A stretch of 64,000 nt of DNA from an uncultured Planctomycetaceae bacterium (GCA_963785305.1 CAWAUV010000001.1:128001-192000); one strand, 5' to 3'. Shown: positions 8,647 to 19,930, counted from the first letter of the stretch. Notes: generated from the sequence alone by a model not told the origin. Translations and numbers: made by a program.

Positions 8647-10980
8647 TCAGGGGGGATTCGCCGCGAGCGATTGCATTCGCGATCGATCCGCGGCGTCGAG
8701 CTTCTTGTCCAAGTGCGGCGTGAGCGCGTCGAGCCGTAGCGATTCGCGCGCCGCGGCGCCGGCAAGCTCCGGGCGGCCGATGCGGTCGTAAATGTCGGCC
8801 GCCACCGCGCGGGTGCGGGCACTGTTCGGATAAAGCTCCTCGGCTCGCTCGGCGTGATGCTCGGCCGCCGAGCGATCCGCCGTGATGTGGTCATGCTGAT
8901 ATATCTCGGCGAAGTAGCGCGCCGCTTCGAGCCACGCGCTGCTCGATCGCGGCCGAAGGCGCAGCCACGCATCGACCGCGCCGTGAAATCGCCGCTCGAG
9001 CTCGCCGCGCTCGGGGTCGTCGCCCGCCACCGCCAATAGCTCGGCCGCGAGTTGTCGCGCGAGCGCGCGCGGCGGATCGCCCGAGAGCGAATCAGCGCGT
9101 GTCGCGGCGAGCAAGGTCAGCAACCGCTCGCTCGCTTCGCGGGGCGTTTTGGCCTCAAGGTCGAGCGCGCGTTGCATGAGCGCGGCGGAGGCGAGCACCG
9201 GCTGATACGCGGTGACGAAGCAGGCGAATCCACCGCAGGCGATCGCCGTGAGCAGCAGAATCGGCACAAGTCGGCGCCCGGTGCGCAGGCCCGAGATCGG
9301 TGGCTGGTTCCTGGGCAGCTCCGTCGGCGGATCCGAGACGCTTCCCAAGGCGATGAGCAACCACAATGAGCCGGCGACTCCCGGAAAGCCGATACCGCCC
9401 GCGGCGAGCAAATGCACGAGCATTCCCAGAACCGCCATCGCCACGTGCCCGCGCCGCAAGACCCCGCCGCGCGTCCAAGGCGCGAGCAATCGCCAAGCCA
9501 AGGCGGCGCCGACGAGAAGCAGCGCCATGCGTCCCCATGTGAGCGGCACGATGTCGAACAAACTGATTGCCTTGGCGATGGCGATGCCCGCGAGCCCGCC
9601 CCAGGCAAACAGGCTCGACAGAGCCCGTGAGCCGCCGTTTTCCCTCGAGCCGCCGCGGGCTTGGGTTTCGGAAGTCGAAGGATCGAGGTCCCCCGCGGAG
9701 TGAATCCCGCGGCGCGCGAACTGCAAGAAAAACAGCCCGACCACCGCGAGCATCGCCAGCGCCGCGGGAATGCCGGCCGTGGCCGCCAGCTCCACGATAA
9801 AATTGTGCGGATCGCGGATCTCCTCACTGGCCGCTGGTAGTTTAAACGCGGTGTAGCAATCTTGAAAATTGCCGGGTCCACACCCCAGCCAAGGATTGTC
9901 GCGAATCATGGCCCACGAGGCTTGCCAGTATTCAAGTCGATAGCCGAGCGACTTGCGCGCTCCGGCCACGAGATTGCCGGCCATGCCCTCGGCGAGCGCG
10001 AAGACCAGCGCCGCGACCGCCGCCACGAAAGCCAGCCCCACGGCGAGCGCGATCCATCGAATGTGTCTAGCGCGGGTGAGTCGATCGACCGCCTGTCCGT
10101 GTTCCAGCCACGCGAGCGTCGCGAGCCCGCCGCATGCGACGAACACTCCGACCCACGCGCCGCGGCAGTGGGTCAATAGCAAACATCCGCCAATCGCGGC
10201 GGCCACGATTCCGAGGCGCGCCAGCCCCGCGCGATCGATGGGCGATGCTCCCGATGCTCCGGGGGCCCCGGCCGCTGAAATCAGCAGCCCGATCGCCACG
10301 ATGAACCACGGCGCCATGTAGCCCGCGAGCGAATTGGCGAGAGCAAACGTGGCCACCGGCTCGGGGCTGTTGAGACGATCTTGAAACTGCTTGCGCTCGA
10401 CCGTGCCCGCGGCGTAGTCCCAACCCGCCGCGCGAAGCACCGCATCGGGCGCGTGCTGGAAGGCCGCCTGGTCGGCGGGCATCTCCACGAACACCTGCTC
10501 ATAGCCGATCGCGGCAAGTCCCACGGCCAGCGACAGCATCGCCGCCGCGAGGCCGCGGGCAATCGCGGAGTCACGAACCAACTGTCGCGCGCAAAAAAAA
10601 CCGAGCCCCATGCCTATCCATTCCCAGAGCATGTTCACCGCGGGGCGCGGACTGCCGGAGCCGAGCGCTGCGGTGGCGGCGAGCGTGTGCCAAGCAATCA
10701 GCGCGAGCGCGGCGGCGTCGAGCGAACCAAGCGGCGTCGGAAGACCATCACGATGCATCGCCTGGAACACGATGGCCGCCGCGAGCACGAACCATGCCAT
10801 GACCCAAGGCAGGCCATCGCCGACCCACGAGACGCCCTCGCTCGCCAGCAGCGGCCGGCCGACAAAAAGCGCCGTCAGGGCCACGAGCAGCAGACGGTCG
10901 CTCAACGGTCGAACTGCGAGTCGATTCGGCGAAGCCTGATCGCCGCGAGTGGGAACAGCATGCGAATTCGATTTCGCCAT
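8647..10980 (-). CDS. O-antigen ligase family membrane protein with TPR-like C-terminus
   Basis: Many TM helices; RLEYWQASWAMIRDNPWLGCGPGNF and DPHNFIVEL motifs. Confidence 0.85.
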   Translation of the reverse strand: MAKSNSHAVPTRGDQASPNRLAVRPLSDRLLLVALTALFVGRPLLASEGVSWVGDGLPWVMAWFVLAAAIVFQAMHRDGLPTPLGSLDAAALALIAWHTLAATAALGSGSPRPAVNMLWEWIGMGLGFFCARQLVRDSAIARGLAAAMLSLAVGLAAIGYEQVFVEMPADQAAFQHAPDAVLRAAGWDYAAGTVERKQFQDRLNSPEPVATFALANSLAGYMAPWFIVAIGLLISAAGAPGASGASPIDRAGLARLGIVAAAIGGCLLLTHCRGAWVGVFVACGGLATLAWLEHGQAVDRLTRARHIRWIALAVGLAFVAAVAALVFALAEGMAGNLVAGARKSLGYRLEYWQASWAMIRDNPWLGCGPGNFQDCYTAFKLPAASEEIRDPHNFIVELAATAGIPAALAMLAVVGLFFLQFARRGIHSAGDLDPSTSETQARGGSRENGGSRALSSLFAWGGLAGIAIAKAISLFDIVPLTWGRMALLLVGAALAWRLLAPWTRGGVLRRGHVAMAVLGMLVHLLAAGGIGFPGVAGSLWLLIALGSVSDPPTELPRNQPPISGLRTGRRLVPILLLTAIACGGFACFVTAYQPVLASAALMQRALDLEAKTPREASERLLTLLAATRADSLSGDPPRALARQLAAELLAVAGDDPERGELERRFHGAVDAWLRLRPRSSSAWLEAARYFAEIYQHDHITADRSAAEHHAERAEELYPNSARTRAVAADIYDRIGRPELAGAAARESLRLDALTPHLDKKLDAADRSRMQSLAANPP

Positions 10981-11076
10981 CGTGAAACACCCTCGTGAAA
11001 CGCCAGCGCACATGAAACGCCCGCGCACTCGTGAATTGCCGGCCACCCGCCGAGCGCCGCGGCCCCACGCGATTTA

Positions 11077-11153
11077 GAGCCTATCCGACAACTTCCCCCT
11101 CTCCCATTGGGAGAGGGTAGGGTGAGGGCCCGAGGAATTTTTCGGATAGGCTG
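11077..11153. repeat. 77-bp MITE/REP-like element, copy 1
   Basis: Inverted ends AGCCTATCCGA/TCGGATAGGCT, inner CCCTCTCCC-ATT-GGGAGAGGG hairpin, flanked by TTA...TTA; second copy at 37242-37318. Confidence 0.85.
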
Positions 11154-12207
11154 TTAATGGCCGCGAGCCGTTCGCCGTCGGTGGAGCATGGCTTCGGTGC
11201 TCGCCGCCAGAATCATCATCAGCGCCACGGCGGCCAGCGCTCCGGCGCCGATTGCCGGGCTCGCTCGCTGCGCCACGAGCGCTAGGCCTCCCGTGACCAA
11301 GGTAGCGACGTGGATCATGAACACCGCCGCTCGACGCGACAACCCGAGCACCACGAGGCGATGCGAGACATGGCTCCGATCGGGCGCGAAGGGACTTCGC
11401 CCCTGGACAAGTCGGATCGTCACCACGCTCACCATATCATAAAGCGGCGTCGCGAGCGCACACCGGCGCGAACCGATCGATCCCCGTCTGCGTGGCGCCG
11501 GCGATCGCATCGACGCTCGAAGCGCCGAGCACGAATCCCGTGAAGTAGCTGCCCGCGTCGCCCATGAACAGTCGGGCCGGCGAGCGATTGTGCCACAAAA
11601 AGCCTCCGAGCGCTCCACAGAGCGCCGCGAGCGCGAGGGCATCGCCGCGGAGCGCGTCGCGAGCGGAGGACGCGTGGCTGCCGACCAAATCCGGTGGCCC
11701 CGCGCCGAGGGCGAGCGCCGCGAGAAAGGCGGCCGCGATCGCGCCGACGCCGCCGGCCAGCGCGTCCATGTTGTCGAGCATGTTGAGCGCATTGAGCTGT
11801 GCGACGATCCATAGGCTAGCCAAGGCCAGCAGCCAGGGCGCCATGACGATGCCGGTGAATGTGTCGCCCAGCGAAAGGACAAACGCTCCGGCCACGAGCA
11901 GTTCGACCGCCAGCCGCGGCTTCCAAGAAATCCGCCAGCGGTCGTCCATGGCGCCGAGCGCGAGCATTGCCCCGGCGCCGAGCGGCAGAGGGCCGGCCAG
12001 CGATTGTCGATCGAACGTCAGCATTGCGGCGAGCACGCCCGCGGCGACCGCGAATCCTCCGCCCCAGGGGGTCGGAGCCGCGTGGTCCTTGCGTCCGCCG
12101 GGCGTATCGAGCCAGCCCCTAGCATGCGCAACGCGCCGAATCACAAAACACGCGATCCACGAGACCCCAAGGCCGACCGCGGCCGGAAGAAGCAATTGCG
12201 TTTGCAT
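11154..12207 (-). CDS. MraY/WecA-family undecaprenyl-phosphate glycosylphosphotransferase (frameshift near 11455)
   Basis: GRKDH..PTPWGGG, GAMDD, NALNMLDNMDAL, FMGDAGS, PF.PDRSHVSHRL split over two ORFs. Confidence 0.85.
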
Positions 12208-12211
12208 GGAT

Positions 12212-12789
12212 TCATGCCTCGGACGGTCGGACGTCGGGCGATTGGTCCTTTGGCGCTTGAGTCGCCGCGAGCTTGAGACGCTCGCGGCACTCGGCGAAAA
12301 ACGCCTGGTAGTCCGCGCGGCGATAGTCGGGAAAGGTCCACTCCCGCGGCTGCCAGCGGCGGTCGCGATAAACGAGCGTCACCTCGGCAAAGATTCCATG
12401 GCCCAGATAAAGGCGATGCGCATGATCCTTGGTCGACGCCAACACCAGCTTGGCGAGGGTCAGATAACCGGGGTCGATGTTGAGCGGCCGCGAGTCGGGA
12501 TGCTCGCTCTCGGCGGCGTATTCGCTTTCCCAAAGATTGGCGGCGAGTTTTCGCTGGGGGAGGCAGGCCGGATCGACGGGCGGCTCGAGCGCCCAAAAAC
12601 ACTTCTTGAGCGCCGGGCCCATGGTCGGTTCGTAGTAGCTGGTTTCCTGAAAATCGAACCGGGGACTTTCGAGCGAGATCGCGCCCAGCGCTCGGCGATT
12701 CGGCGCCGCGTCCAGGCGAGCGCCGCTTCATGCCGGCTAAAGGCCGCCACGAGAAACAGCGCCGGCAAGGGAGATTGAACGGCGCCCAT
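12212..12789 (-). CDS. DUF4416 family protein (frameshifted)
   Basis: RPLNIDPGY..LAKLVLASTKDHAHRLYL..GIFAEVTL, WTFPDY; N-terminus MGAVQSPLPALFLVAAFSRH in another frame. Confidence 0.8.
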
Positions 12790-12945
12790 GGCGTTTTGCC
12801 GGTCGCGGGCCCAAGGAACTCGGAACAGGTTCAATCGATCGAATCGCCCGCCCCGGCGCAGGCGCCCGCCGCCGCGGCCGAGCGCTGATTGCTTATCCCC
12901 ACCCCGCCGACGGAACACCGATCGCCGAAAACGAACTCCCCCCAC

Positions 12946-13467
12946 TCACACCGCGCTCTTAATCGCCTTGAGCGCCGCGTCGTAGTTAGGCTCGCTGGCC
13001 ACTTCCTTCACTTGTTCGGCGTACACCACTTTGCCGTCTTTATCGAGCACGAATACTCCGCGAGCCAGGAGCTGAAGTTCCTCGATCAGCATGCCCCAGT
13101 TCTTGCCGAAATTGCGATCGTGGTAATCGCTGGCCGAACGCATGTTCTTGATGTGCTCGGCGCCGCAAAAGCGATTCATTGCAAACGGCAAATCGACACT
13201 TACCGTGAGCGAGTGAATCTTGTCGCCCAGCTTGCCCAATTCCTCGTTGAACTTCTTGGTCTGGATCTGGCACACCGGCGTGTCGAGCGAGGGCACCACG
13301 CTGATAACCGCGGGCTTGCCCTTGAGATCGGCTGGCGTGATCGATTTCATTTCCCCGGATTCATAGGCATGCAGTTTGAACTCGGGGGCCGGTTTTCCGA
13401 CCACCACGGCCTCGCCGGCCAAAGTCAACGGGGCGCCTTTGAATGTTACCGCTCCGTGTCGCGACAT
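12946..13467 (-). CDS. tpx: Thiol peroxidase (atypical 2-Cys peroxiredoxin)
   Basis: VTFKGAPLTL, VPSLDTPVC, SVDLPFAMNRFC, LLARGVFV. Confidence 0.95.
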   Translation of the reverse strand: MSRHGAVTFKGAPLTLAGEAVVVGKPAPEFKLHAYESGEMKSITPADLKGKPAVISVVPSLDTPVCQIQTKKFNEELGKLGDKIHSLTVSVDLPFAMNRFCGAEHIKNMRSASDYHDRNFGKNWGMLIEELQLLARGVFVLDKDGKVVYAEQVKEVASEPNYDAALKAIKSAV

Positions 13468-13877
13468 GAGAAAACATTCCTCTCCGAGAAGGATTAAGAG
13501 ATTGACAGATAATTTCGTGCGCACACGATGATAATGCCGTGGGGACACGATCGGCAAGTATCCTGGATTCGCCGCCCGACGCAAGGGCTGGCCATCCTTT
13601 TCGATCATCGCCGAAATCGTTCAAGCATTCTTTCGCGAAGCCGCTTGAAAAAACCAAATCGCCATGCCTATGATGGCGCAAGTCAAAACCTGGGCGCCGT
13701 GCGAGCGCGCGAAGTCGCTCCGTTGTTACAGCGAATCCGCTGGCGTCCGGCTCAAGTTTTTCCGCTCCGCGAATTTCGAGCGCGTCTTCGCGCCCCCACC
13801 ACCAGGATTGTCGACCTTCGAGGAGTTGAAGGTCTTTAGCGGTTAACCCCAGAACCGTATACGCAAGGAGTTGTGTC

Positions 13878-14258
13878 ATGATTCAAATCGCGGAAGGTTG
13901 GGAGTTGAGCGTCGATCGTGGGCCTGATTGGTTGTTCGTGCGGCCGCACAGCGTCAGCGGTGACACGGGCAGCATGCCCCCTCTGGCCGAAGAGATTTGG
14001 GCCTTGCTCGAGCAGCATCAGATTCGCCGCGTGGTGGTGGAGCTCGACGAGATCCCGCTCTTGCACAGTTACTTGGTCGGGCAACTTGTGTGGCTGCACA
14101 AGCGGGTGGTCAGCCAAGGCGGCCTGATGCGGATCAGCGGCGTTTCGAGCGTGAATCAGGATGTGTTGCACACCTGCCGACTCGACGATCGCTTTCCGGC
14201 GTATTTGAATCGTGGCGACGCCGTGATGGGATACCATCCGCCGAATCGCCCGCGCTGA
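13878..14258 (+). CDS. STAS-domain protein (anti-sigma factor antagonist-like)
   Basis: 126 aa, STAS-like pattern (RVVVELDEI.LLHS..VGQLV.LHKRV...GG.MRISG); AAGGAG RBS. Confidence 0.75.
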   Translation: MIQIAEGWELSVDRGPDWLFVRPHSVSGDTGSMPPLAEEIWALLEQHQIRRVVVELDEIPLLHSYLVGQLVWLHKRVVSQGGLMRISGVSSVNQDVLHTCRLDDRFPAYLNRGDAVMGYHPPNRPR

Positions 14259-14323
14259 TTCGCCCGCGCCGATTCGCAAATGGCCCAGCCACGCGGCGAT
14301 GCGACGCAATGCTAGCGTTCGCG

Positions 14324-14590
14324 CTATCGCCACGCCACTTGCAATTGATTCTCGATCGTCTCGACGCCGTCGAGGCGACGAAGGGCCTCTTGCGCCATCT
14401 GCTTCTGATAATACGTGCTTACTACCCCATGCAGCACCACCCGGCCGGCATGCGTTTCAATGCGCAATTGTCGGCCAGACAGGTGGGGATTGCCCGACAG
14501 CGCCGTGTGCACGCGATGGCTGAGTGTCGGTTCGCCCGTGGTTGGCTCGGCGGCCACGGTCTCCAAGGTCGACTGCGTGCTGGCATGCAT
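14324..14590 (-). CDS. BON-domain protein
   Basis: GRVVLHGVVSTYYQKQMAQEALRRLDGVETIENQLQV. Confidence 0.85.
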   Translation of the reverse strand: MHASTQSTLETVAAEPTTGEPTLSHRVHTALSGNPHLSGRQLRIETHAGRVVLHGVVSTYYQKQMAQEALRRLDGVETIENQLQVAWR

Positions 14591-14994
14591 GGGCAAAGCA
14601 TCCTCTTAAGGGGGCGCGCAAATCCCGGCTTAAAGCGAATTTGAGCGAAGCAAGTTCGAATGGGTTCACTGGGCCAACCGCTTGCCGGCAATTGTCGATA
14701 CGCGGCGAGATTTCGAGCGAAGGGCTCCTTGTTTTTCGGACTTTGCCGGCGAGGGATTAAGGAATTCCGGACCGCGAAGATGGAGAATCCAGAAGTCCCC
14801 GGCAAAAAGCGATGGCTTTGTCGATTGCAGCGATGAGCGCGACTTTCGGAATCGTGCCGCCCTCAGTCCCGCCGGGCGCGCGTTCCGGCTCGGATTCGCC
14901 GGAAATCGCGAATGAAAAGCAACTTAAGCTTAAATGGCGCCGGCCCGTGGCCGGGCACGCTTCCGCCAACGTTGTTTTTCGAGGCCGAGCTCGC

Positions 14995-16242
14995 ATGAAC
15001 TCAATTCTTTCGCCCCTTTCCGCGGAGCACGAATCGGGCGCCTCGCCCGAGGTCGCTCTCGCGCTTTCGCAGACGGCGCTTCCGCCCGCGGCCCCATCGT
15101 CCGCGCCGATTTCGCGGGCGCCGGCGACCCGGCGTCCCGCGCGGTCCAGCACGGTTTCATTGTCCAATGGCGATGAGATTCGCGTTTATCAAGGAATCGC
15201 CGAGCTGAGCGAATTGGCTCGCGACTGGCAGTCGCTCGATGCCGTGGCCGAGAGTCCGGCGGAGCAGTTCATTTGGCTGCAATCGGCCGCGACGGCTCTC
15301 TTGGACGACGACTCCTTGCGCGTGGCGACCGTGTGGCGGGGTCCGCTTCTGCAAGCGGCGGCGCCCCTGGCCCTGCGGCGTCATGGGGCCTTCGAGCGCG
15401 CGCGGTTGCTCGGCGTGGGCGATCTTTGGGAGCCGATGGACCTGGTGGCGGTCGATGCGCCGCGCGCGAGTCGCTGGTGCGATTTCTTGTCGGTCAATTC
15501 CGTTATCCGCTCCATTTCGAGCGCTTGCCCGAGGATTCGCCGACACTGCCGCTCGTGGCCGCGGCGGCCCGGGGTAAAGCCACTCGGCTCGAGACTCCCC
15601 AGGCGGATTGCCCATATATCGAGCTCGACGCCTCGTGGCGCGAGCCGGAGAGCCATTTGAATTCCGGCCGCCGCTCGGACCTGCGCCGCGCAGCGCAAAG
15701 CCGAAGTGTTGGGCGAAGTGGAATACCAACTCCTCGCGCCGCGGCCCACGGAGCTCGCCGCGCTGCTCGACGAGGCATTCGATGTGGAAGCCAGCGGCTG
15801 GAAGGGCATCGAAGCCTCGGCTTTGAATTACGATCCCCGCAGGGCCAGCTTTTTTCGCCGCTATGCTTCCGCCGCGGCGCGGCAAGGCGCGCTGCGAATG
15901 GCGTTTATGCGCATCGGTGGCGACGCCGCCGCCATGCAAATCGGAGTCGAAACTCGCGGCAAGCTATGGCTGCTCAAAGTCGGGTATCGCGAGCGACTGG
16001 CCCAATGTTCGCCGGGCATGCTGCTGATGCGCGAGTCGATCGCCGCGGCGGCCCGCGCCGGGCTCCAGGGTTTTGAATTCCTCGGCCGCGCCGAAGCCTG
16101 GACCGATGTTTGGACTCAGCGCCGGCGGCGGCATGTGAGCTTGCGCGTCTATCCCTGGCGGGCGAGCGGCGCGGCGGCCCTCGCGGCCGATGTCGCGCAT
16201 TCGATGTGCGAACGCATGCGCCGCCGCGGAGCACAATCATGA
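14995..16242 (+). CDS. CelD/BcsL-type GNAT family acetyltransferase (frameshifts near 15460 and 15700)
   Basis: Consecutive ORFs give CPYIELD.SW..., VEASGWKG, LKVGY....AQCSPGMLL, FEFLG.AEAW...W. Confidence 0.75.
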
Positions 16243-17258
16243 ACGATCTCGCAACCGATTTTCAAAACAGCGCCGGCGCAGGCGCCGCTGGCCCGATCTT
16301 GAACCGTGTCGCCATCGACACGGAATCGGATCGCCCTTGTCCGACGCCGGCGGCTGGCGATTCGGCGGAAACACATGCCAGTTCGCGCCGCGAACCGCGC
16401 TCGTTGATCGGCCGCGTGGCGCGAAATCTGGCGAGCCGCGCGGCCCGAGCCTATGTCGCCGGCGAATCGCTCGACGACGCCCTCGCGGCGCGGGAGTCGC
16501 TCGCTCGCGCCGGCCATCTTGCCACGCTCGGCTACTGGAGCGATGGCGACGATGACCCGGCCGCGGTGTTCGCTCAATATCGGGCGACGCTCGCCGCGCT
16601 CGGCGCCGGTGGACATGGCGGTTATTGCTCGGCGAAGCTTCCGGCGCTTGGCTTCCGCAAGAAGCTCATGGATGGGCTCGCGCTTGCCGCGCGCGACGCC
16701 GGGGTCGCCTTGCATTGTGATTCCCATGGCCCCGAGGATGTCGATCGCACGCGCGGCGTGATCGAACGCTGGCAAGAATGCTACACCGTTGCCGCGGGCA
16801 CGACGTTGCCCGGTCGCTGGCGACGAAGCGTCGACGATGCCCTCTGGACCAACGAACGTGGGCTGCCGGCGCGAGTCGTCAAAGGTCAATGGGCCGACCC
16901 AGCGGATCCGAACCGCGATCAGCGCGCGGGCTTTTTGGAAGTGATCGACGCTCTCGCCGGCCGCGCGACCAAGGTCGCCGTGGCCACGCATGACGTGCCG
17001 CTGGCGCTCGAAGCGATCGGACGACTGCGTCGCGGGAAGACGCCCGTTCGCTGGGAACTGCTCCACGGCCTGCCGATGCGCGAAGCGCCTCGCGCGGCCG
17101 CGGCGGTGGGCGTCGAGACACGCGTGTATGTGCCCTTTGGCCGCGGCTATTTGCCCTATGCCTTGCGGCGGCTGGCGACGAGCCCACGAATGTGGAGCTG
17201 GCTGCTCAAGGACCTGATCGCCGGCTCGCTCTCGCGCGGCGGCCGAGCAACGGGCTAA
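16239..17258 (+). CDS. Proline dehydrogenase-like flavoprotein (divergent)
   Basis: ARAYVAGESLDDAL, RVVKGQW, VATHD, ELLHG, RVYVPFG, YALRRL; ATGA overlap with the GNAT gene. Confidence 0.75.
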   Translation: MNDLATDFQNSAGAGAAGPILNRVAIDTESDRPCPTPAAGDSAETHASSRREPRSLIGRVARNLASRAARAYVAGESLDDALAARESLARAGHLATLGYWSDGDDDPAAVFAQYRATLAALGAGGHGGYCSAKLPALGFRKKLMDGLALAARDAGVALHCDSHGPEDVDRTRGVIERWQECYTVAAGTTLPGRWRRSVDDALWTNERGLPARVVKGQWADPADPNRDQRAGFLEVIDALAGRATKVAVATHDVPLALEAIGRLRRGKTPVRWELLHGLPMREAPRAAAAVGVETRVYVPFGRGYLPYALRRLATSPRMWSWLLKDLIAGSLSRGGRATG

Positions 17259-17275
17259 GAGCCGTTCGCGGCAAC

Positions 17276-18097
17276 CTATTCCATCGCCGCGAGGCCGAGC
17301 GTTTTGCGGAGCGCGGTCATCGCCACTTCGCCCACGCTGCGCGGCGGAATTTGCCAGATTTGTGGATTCATCAACTCGACCGCCACATAACCCGTGTAGC
17401 CGATCTCGCGCATTCGCGCTACGATCGGGCCGAAGTCGAAGTCGCCATCGCCGGGGAGAATGCGGTCGGCGTCGGTGGCGAACTCGCGCGGTTGGCCCAT
17501 CAGATCGCAAAGCTGGACATGAAACAGATTCTCGGCGCCGAGCAGCGCGAGGTCTTCGGTTTTGCTGGGCCCAATGTAGTAATGAAACAGATCGAAGCAG
17601 AGCCCCAGGGCCGGATGCCCGATCTCGGCCACGAGCGAAGCGGCCGTTTGCAGGTTGTTGGCCAGCGACGCGCGGCCTTGAAATTCGAGCGCCACTCGCA
17701 GCCCGGCGGCGGCGGCTTGGTTGGCCGCGTCGACGAGCGACACCCGCACCCGGTCGAGGTCTTGCTGCGTGAGCTCGCCGGAGATGTCGCCCGCCACGAC
17801 GAGGGTCTCGACTCCCAACTCCCGGCATAGGCCGAGCCGCTTGGTGAAGCTCTCCCAATGGGCCTTGCGAAATTCGCCTTGGCTTGTGAGCAGGCCGCCC
17901 TGGAAACTGGCTACCGGCGCCGCGACTTCATGGGTTTCAAGCAGGCGTCGCACGTCGGCCGGGGCATGCGAGTCGAGATAGCCTTCGAGCTTGCCGAGCC
18001 AGAGCTCGACCGCTTGGCACTTGCCGGCGGCATAGTCCTCGATGTCGGCCTCGAACGACGCATGCAGGGTGCAAACTTGACTGATGGCCGGCTTCAT
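17276..18097 (-). CDS. Sugar phosphate isomerase/epimerase (xylose-isomerase-like TIM barrel)
   Basis: ALEF, CFDLFH, FHVQLCD, RILPGDG, GY.GYVAVEL. Confidence 0.85.
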   Translation of the reverse strand: MKPAISQVCTLHASFEADIEDYAAGKCQAVELWLGKLEGYLDSHAPADVRRLLETHEVAAPVASFQGGLLTSQGEFRKAHWESFTKRLGLCRELGVETLVVAGDISGELTQQDLDRVRVSLVDAANQAAAAGLRVALEFQGRASLANNLQTAASLVAEIGHPALGLCFDLFHYYIGPSKTEDLALLGAENLFHVQLCDLMGQPREFATDADRILPGDGDFDFGPIVARMREIGYTGYVAVELMNPQIWQIPPRSVGEVAMTALRKTLGLAAME

Positions 18098-18182
18098 GTG
18101 CGTGGCTCTTCGAAGGGTCGCGTTGGGTTTTACGGGGAAAACGGATTGTCGGGCCTTTGGGGATCGGCTCGTCTTGCGCGTG

Positions 18183-19226
18183 TCAAGCGCGATCGTGGGG
18201 AAACGCAATGACTTCGTCGAGCGAATTCGCGCCGGTGGCTAGCATCACCAAGCGGTCGAAACCGAGCGCCACGCCGCTCGAAGCCGGCAGCCCGGCGTCC
18301 ATGGCCGCCAGGAGCCGGCTTTCGATCGGCAAGGGGCGATTGCCATCGGCCACGCGCTGGCGATTCGTCTCGGCGTTGCGACCGCGGAGCACCGCCGGGT
18401 CGAGCAGTTCATGATACCCATTGGCGAGCTCCACGCCGCCGACATAAAGTTCGAATCGTTCGGCCACCGGCGGCTGGTCGTCGGACGCATCGATGCGCAC
18501 CTGCGCCAGAGCCGCTTGCGAGGCCGGAAAATCGCAAATGATCGTCGGCCGCTCGAGGCCAAGACGAGGCTGCACGCATTCGGTAAGCAGCCAATCGAGC
18601 AAGCCATCGCGATCGAATTCGGTCGGCAATGGTGAATCACCGCCGGGGAGCGAGCGCGCGGCCGAGCGCAGCGCGTCGAGACCGGCCCGGTGAGGATCGA
18701 GCCCCACATGCCGGGCGAAGGCATCGCCATAGCGGATCGTCTCGGCCGGGCCGCGTTCGAGCAGGGTCTCGGCCAGGTCCGAGAGCAGGGCGATTGCTTG
18801 GCGCATATCGTCGCCGCGGCGATACCATTCGACCATGGTGAATTCGGGATTGTGTAGACGGCCGCGTTCCTCGGCGCGAAACACCTTGGCCACTTGATAA
18901 ATGGATTCGGCCCCCGCGGCGAGCAGGCGCTTCATGCAAAACTCGGGCGAGGTTTGCAGCCACATCGCCGGGCCGGCCGAATTGCGAGGCGCGTCGGCCG
19001 CGCGACCCAGGGGCGCGGCCCGGAGCGGCTCGAGGTGGCGATCCACCACGGTGTCGGCCGAGAGGATCGGAGTCTCGACTTCGAGAAAGCCACGGGCATC
19101 GAAAAAATCGCGGACCTTGCGCAGCAGTTCGGCGCGCCTTCGCAAGCGAGGCCACGAAGCGGTGGGCGCCCAGGGGTGGCCGGCCTCCGCGGCCCGACTA
19201 TTCCTTGGCCCGTTCGATGTATTCAT
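18183..19226 (-). CDS. epmA: EF-P lysine aminoacylase (GenX/PoxA)
   Basis: LQTSPEFCMKRLLAAG, FRAEERGRLHNPEFTMVEWY, ELANGYHEL, GVALGFDRL; next to efp. Confidence 0.95.
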   Translation of the reverse strand: MNTSNGPRNSRAAEAGHPWAPTASWPRLRRRAELLRKVRDFFDARGFLEVETPILSADTVVDRHLEPLRAAPLGRAADAPRNSAGPAMWLQTSPEFCMKRLLAAGAESIYQVAKVFRAEERGRLHNPEFTMVEWYRRGDDMRQAIALLSDLAETLLERGPAETIRYGDAFARHVGLDPHRAGLDALRSAARSLPGGDSPLPTEFDRDGLLDWLLTECVQPRLGLERPTIICDFPASQAALAQVRIDASDDQPPVAERFELYVGGVELANGYHELLDPAVLRGRNAETNRQRVADGNRPLPIESRLLAAMDAGLPASSGVALGFDRLVMLATGANSLDEVIAFPHDRA

Positions 19227-19767
19227 CGGTTCGCGTATCGACTTTAATCAGATCGCCAATGCCGACGAAGGCGGGGCAGATGACTTCGGCGCCGGTTTCG
19301 AGGCGCACCGGCTTGGTGAGATTGGTGGCGGTGTTGCCGCGGATGGCCGGTTCACAATACTCGATCTTGAGGATCACATGGTTCGGCGCGGCGACCGATA
19401 TGGGATTATTGTTGAAGAGCATCATCGCGCAGACCATGCCCTCCTTGACATACTTGGCGGCATCGCCCACTTGCAGGCCCGTGAGCTCGTACTGCTCGAA
19501 GTTCTCGTTGTCCATGAACACGAACTGATCGCCCTGGCGATAGAGGAATTGGGCGTCGATCTCCTCGACATCGGCGGCTTCGAGCGAATCGCCGCCCTTG
19601 TAGGTGCGGTCGAGCACCGTGTTTTTGATCAGGTTGCGCATCCGGCATTTGTAGAGGGCGTTGCCCTTGCCCGGCTTGACGAAATTGCACTCGAGCATCA
19701 AATACGGTTCGCCATCGATCTGAATTTTGATGCCTTTTTTGAAATCGCTGGTATTGTACGTCGCCAC
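19198..19767 (-). CDS. efp: Elongation factor P
   Basis: FVKPGKG loop, EPAIRGNTA, KP..LETG, IKVDTRT.EY.ER. Confidence 0.97.
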   Translation of the reverse strand: MATYNTSDFKKGIKIQIDGEPYLMLECNFVKPGKGNALYKCRMRNLIKNTVLDRTYKGGDSLEAADVEEIDAQFLYRQGDQFVFMDNENFEQYELTGLQVGDAAKYVKEGMVCAMMLFNNNPISVAAPNHVILKIEYCEPAIRGNTATNLTKPVRLETGAEVICPAFVGIGDLIKVDTRTDEYIERAKE

Positions 19768-19930
19768 GGTCGTTTTCCTGCTTCGCTTCGGGAAGGGGAC
19801 GGGTTATGCTGAGTTCGCCCGCCCTGGCGCCGGCGCCCTAGGGAACCCGCGCCGCGAGGCGAAACTAAATTCAGACGGTATTTTTATTTCGCCGACGTTA
19901 ACCTCTCGCCGGTTGACAATTCCTCGCCGG

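Noticed and set aside
13502..13535. TTGACA...GATAAT promoter
   Set aside because: Spacing is about 22 nt, not 16-18
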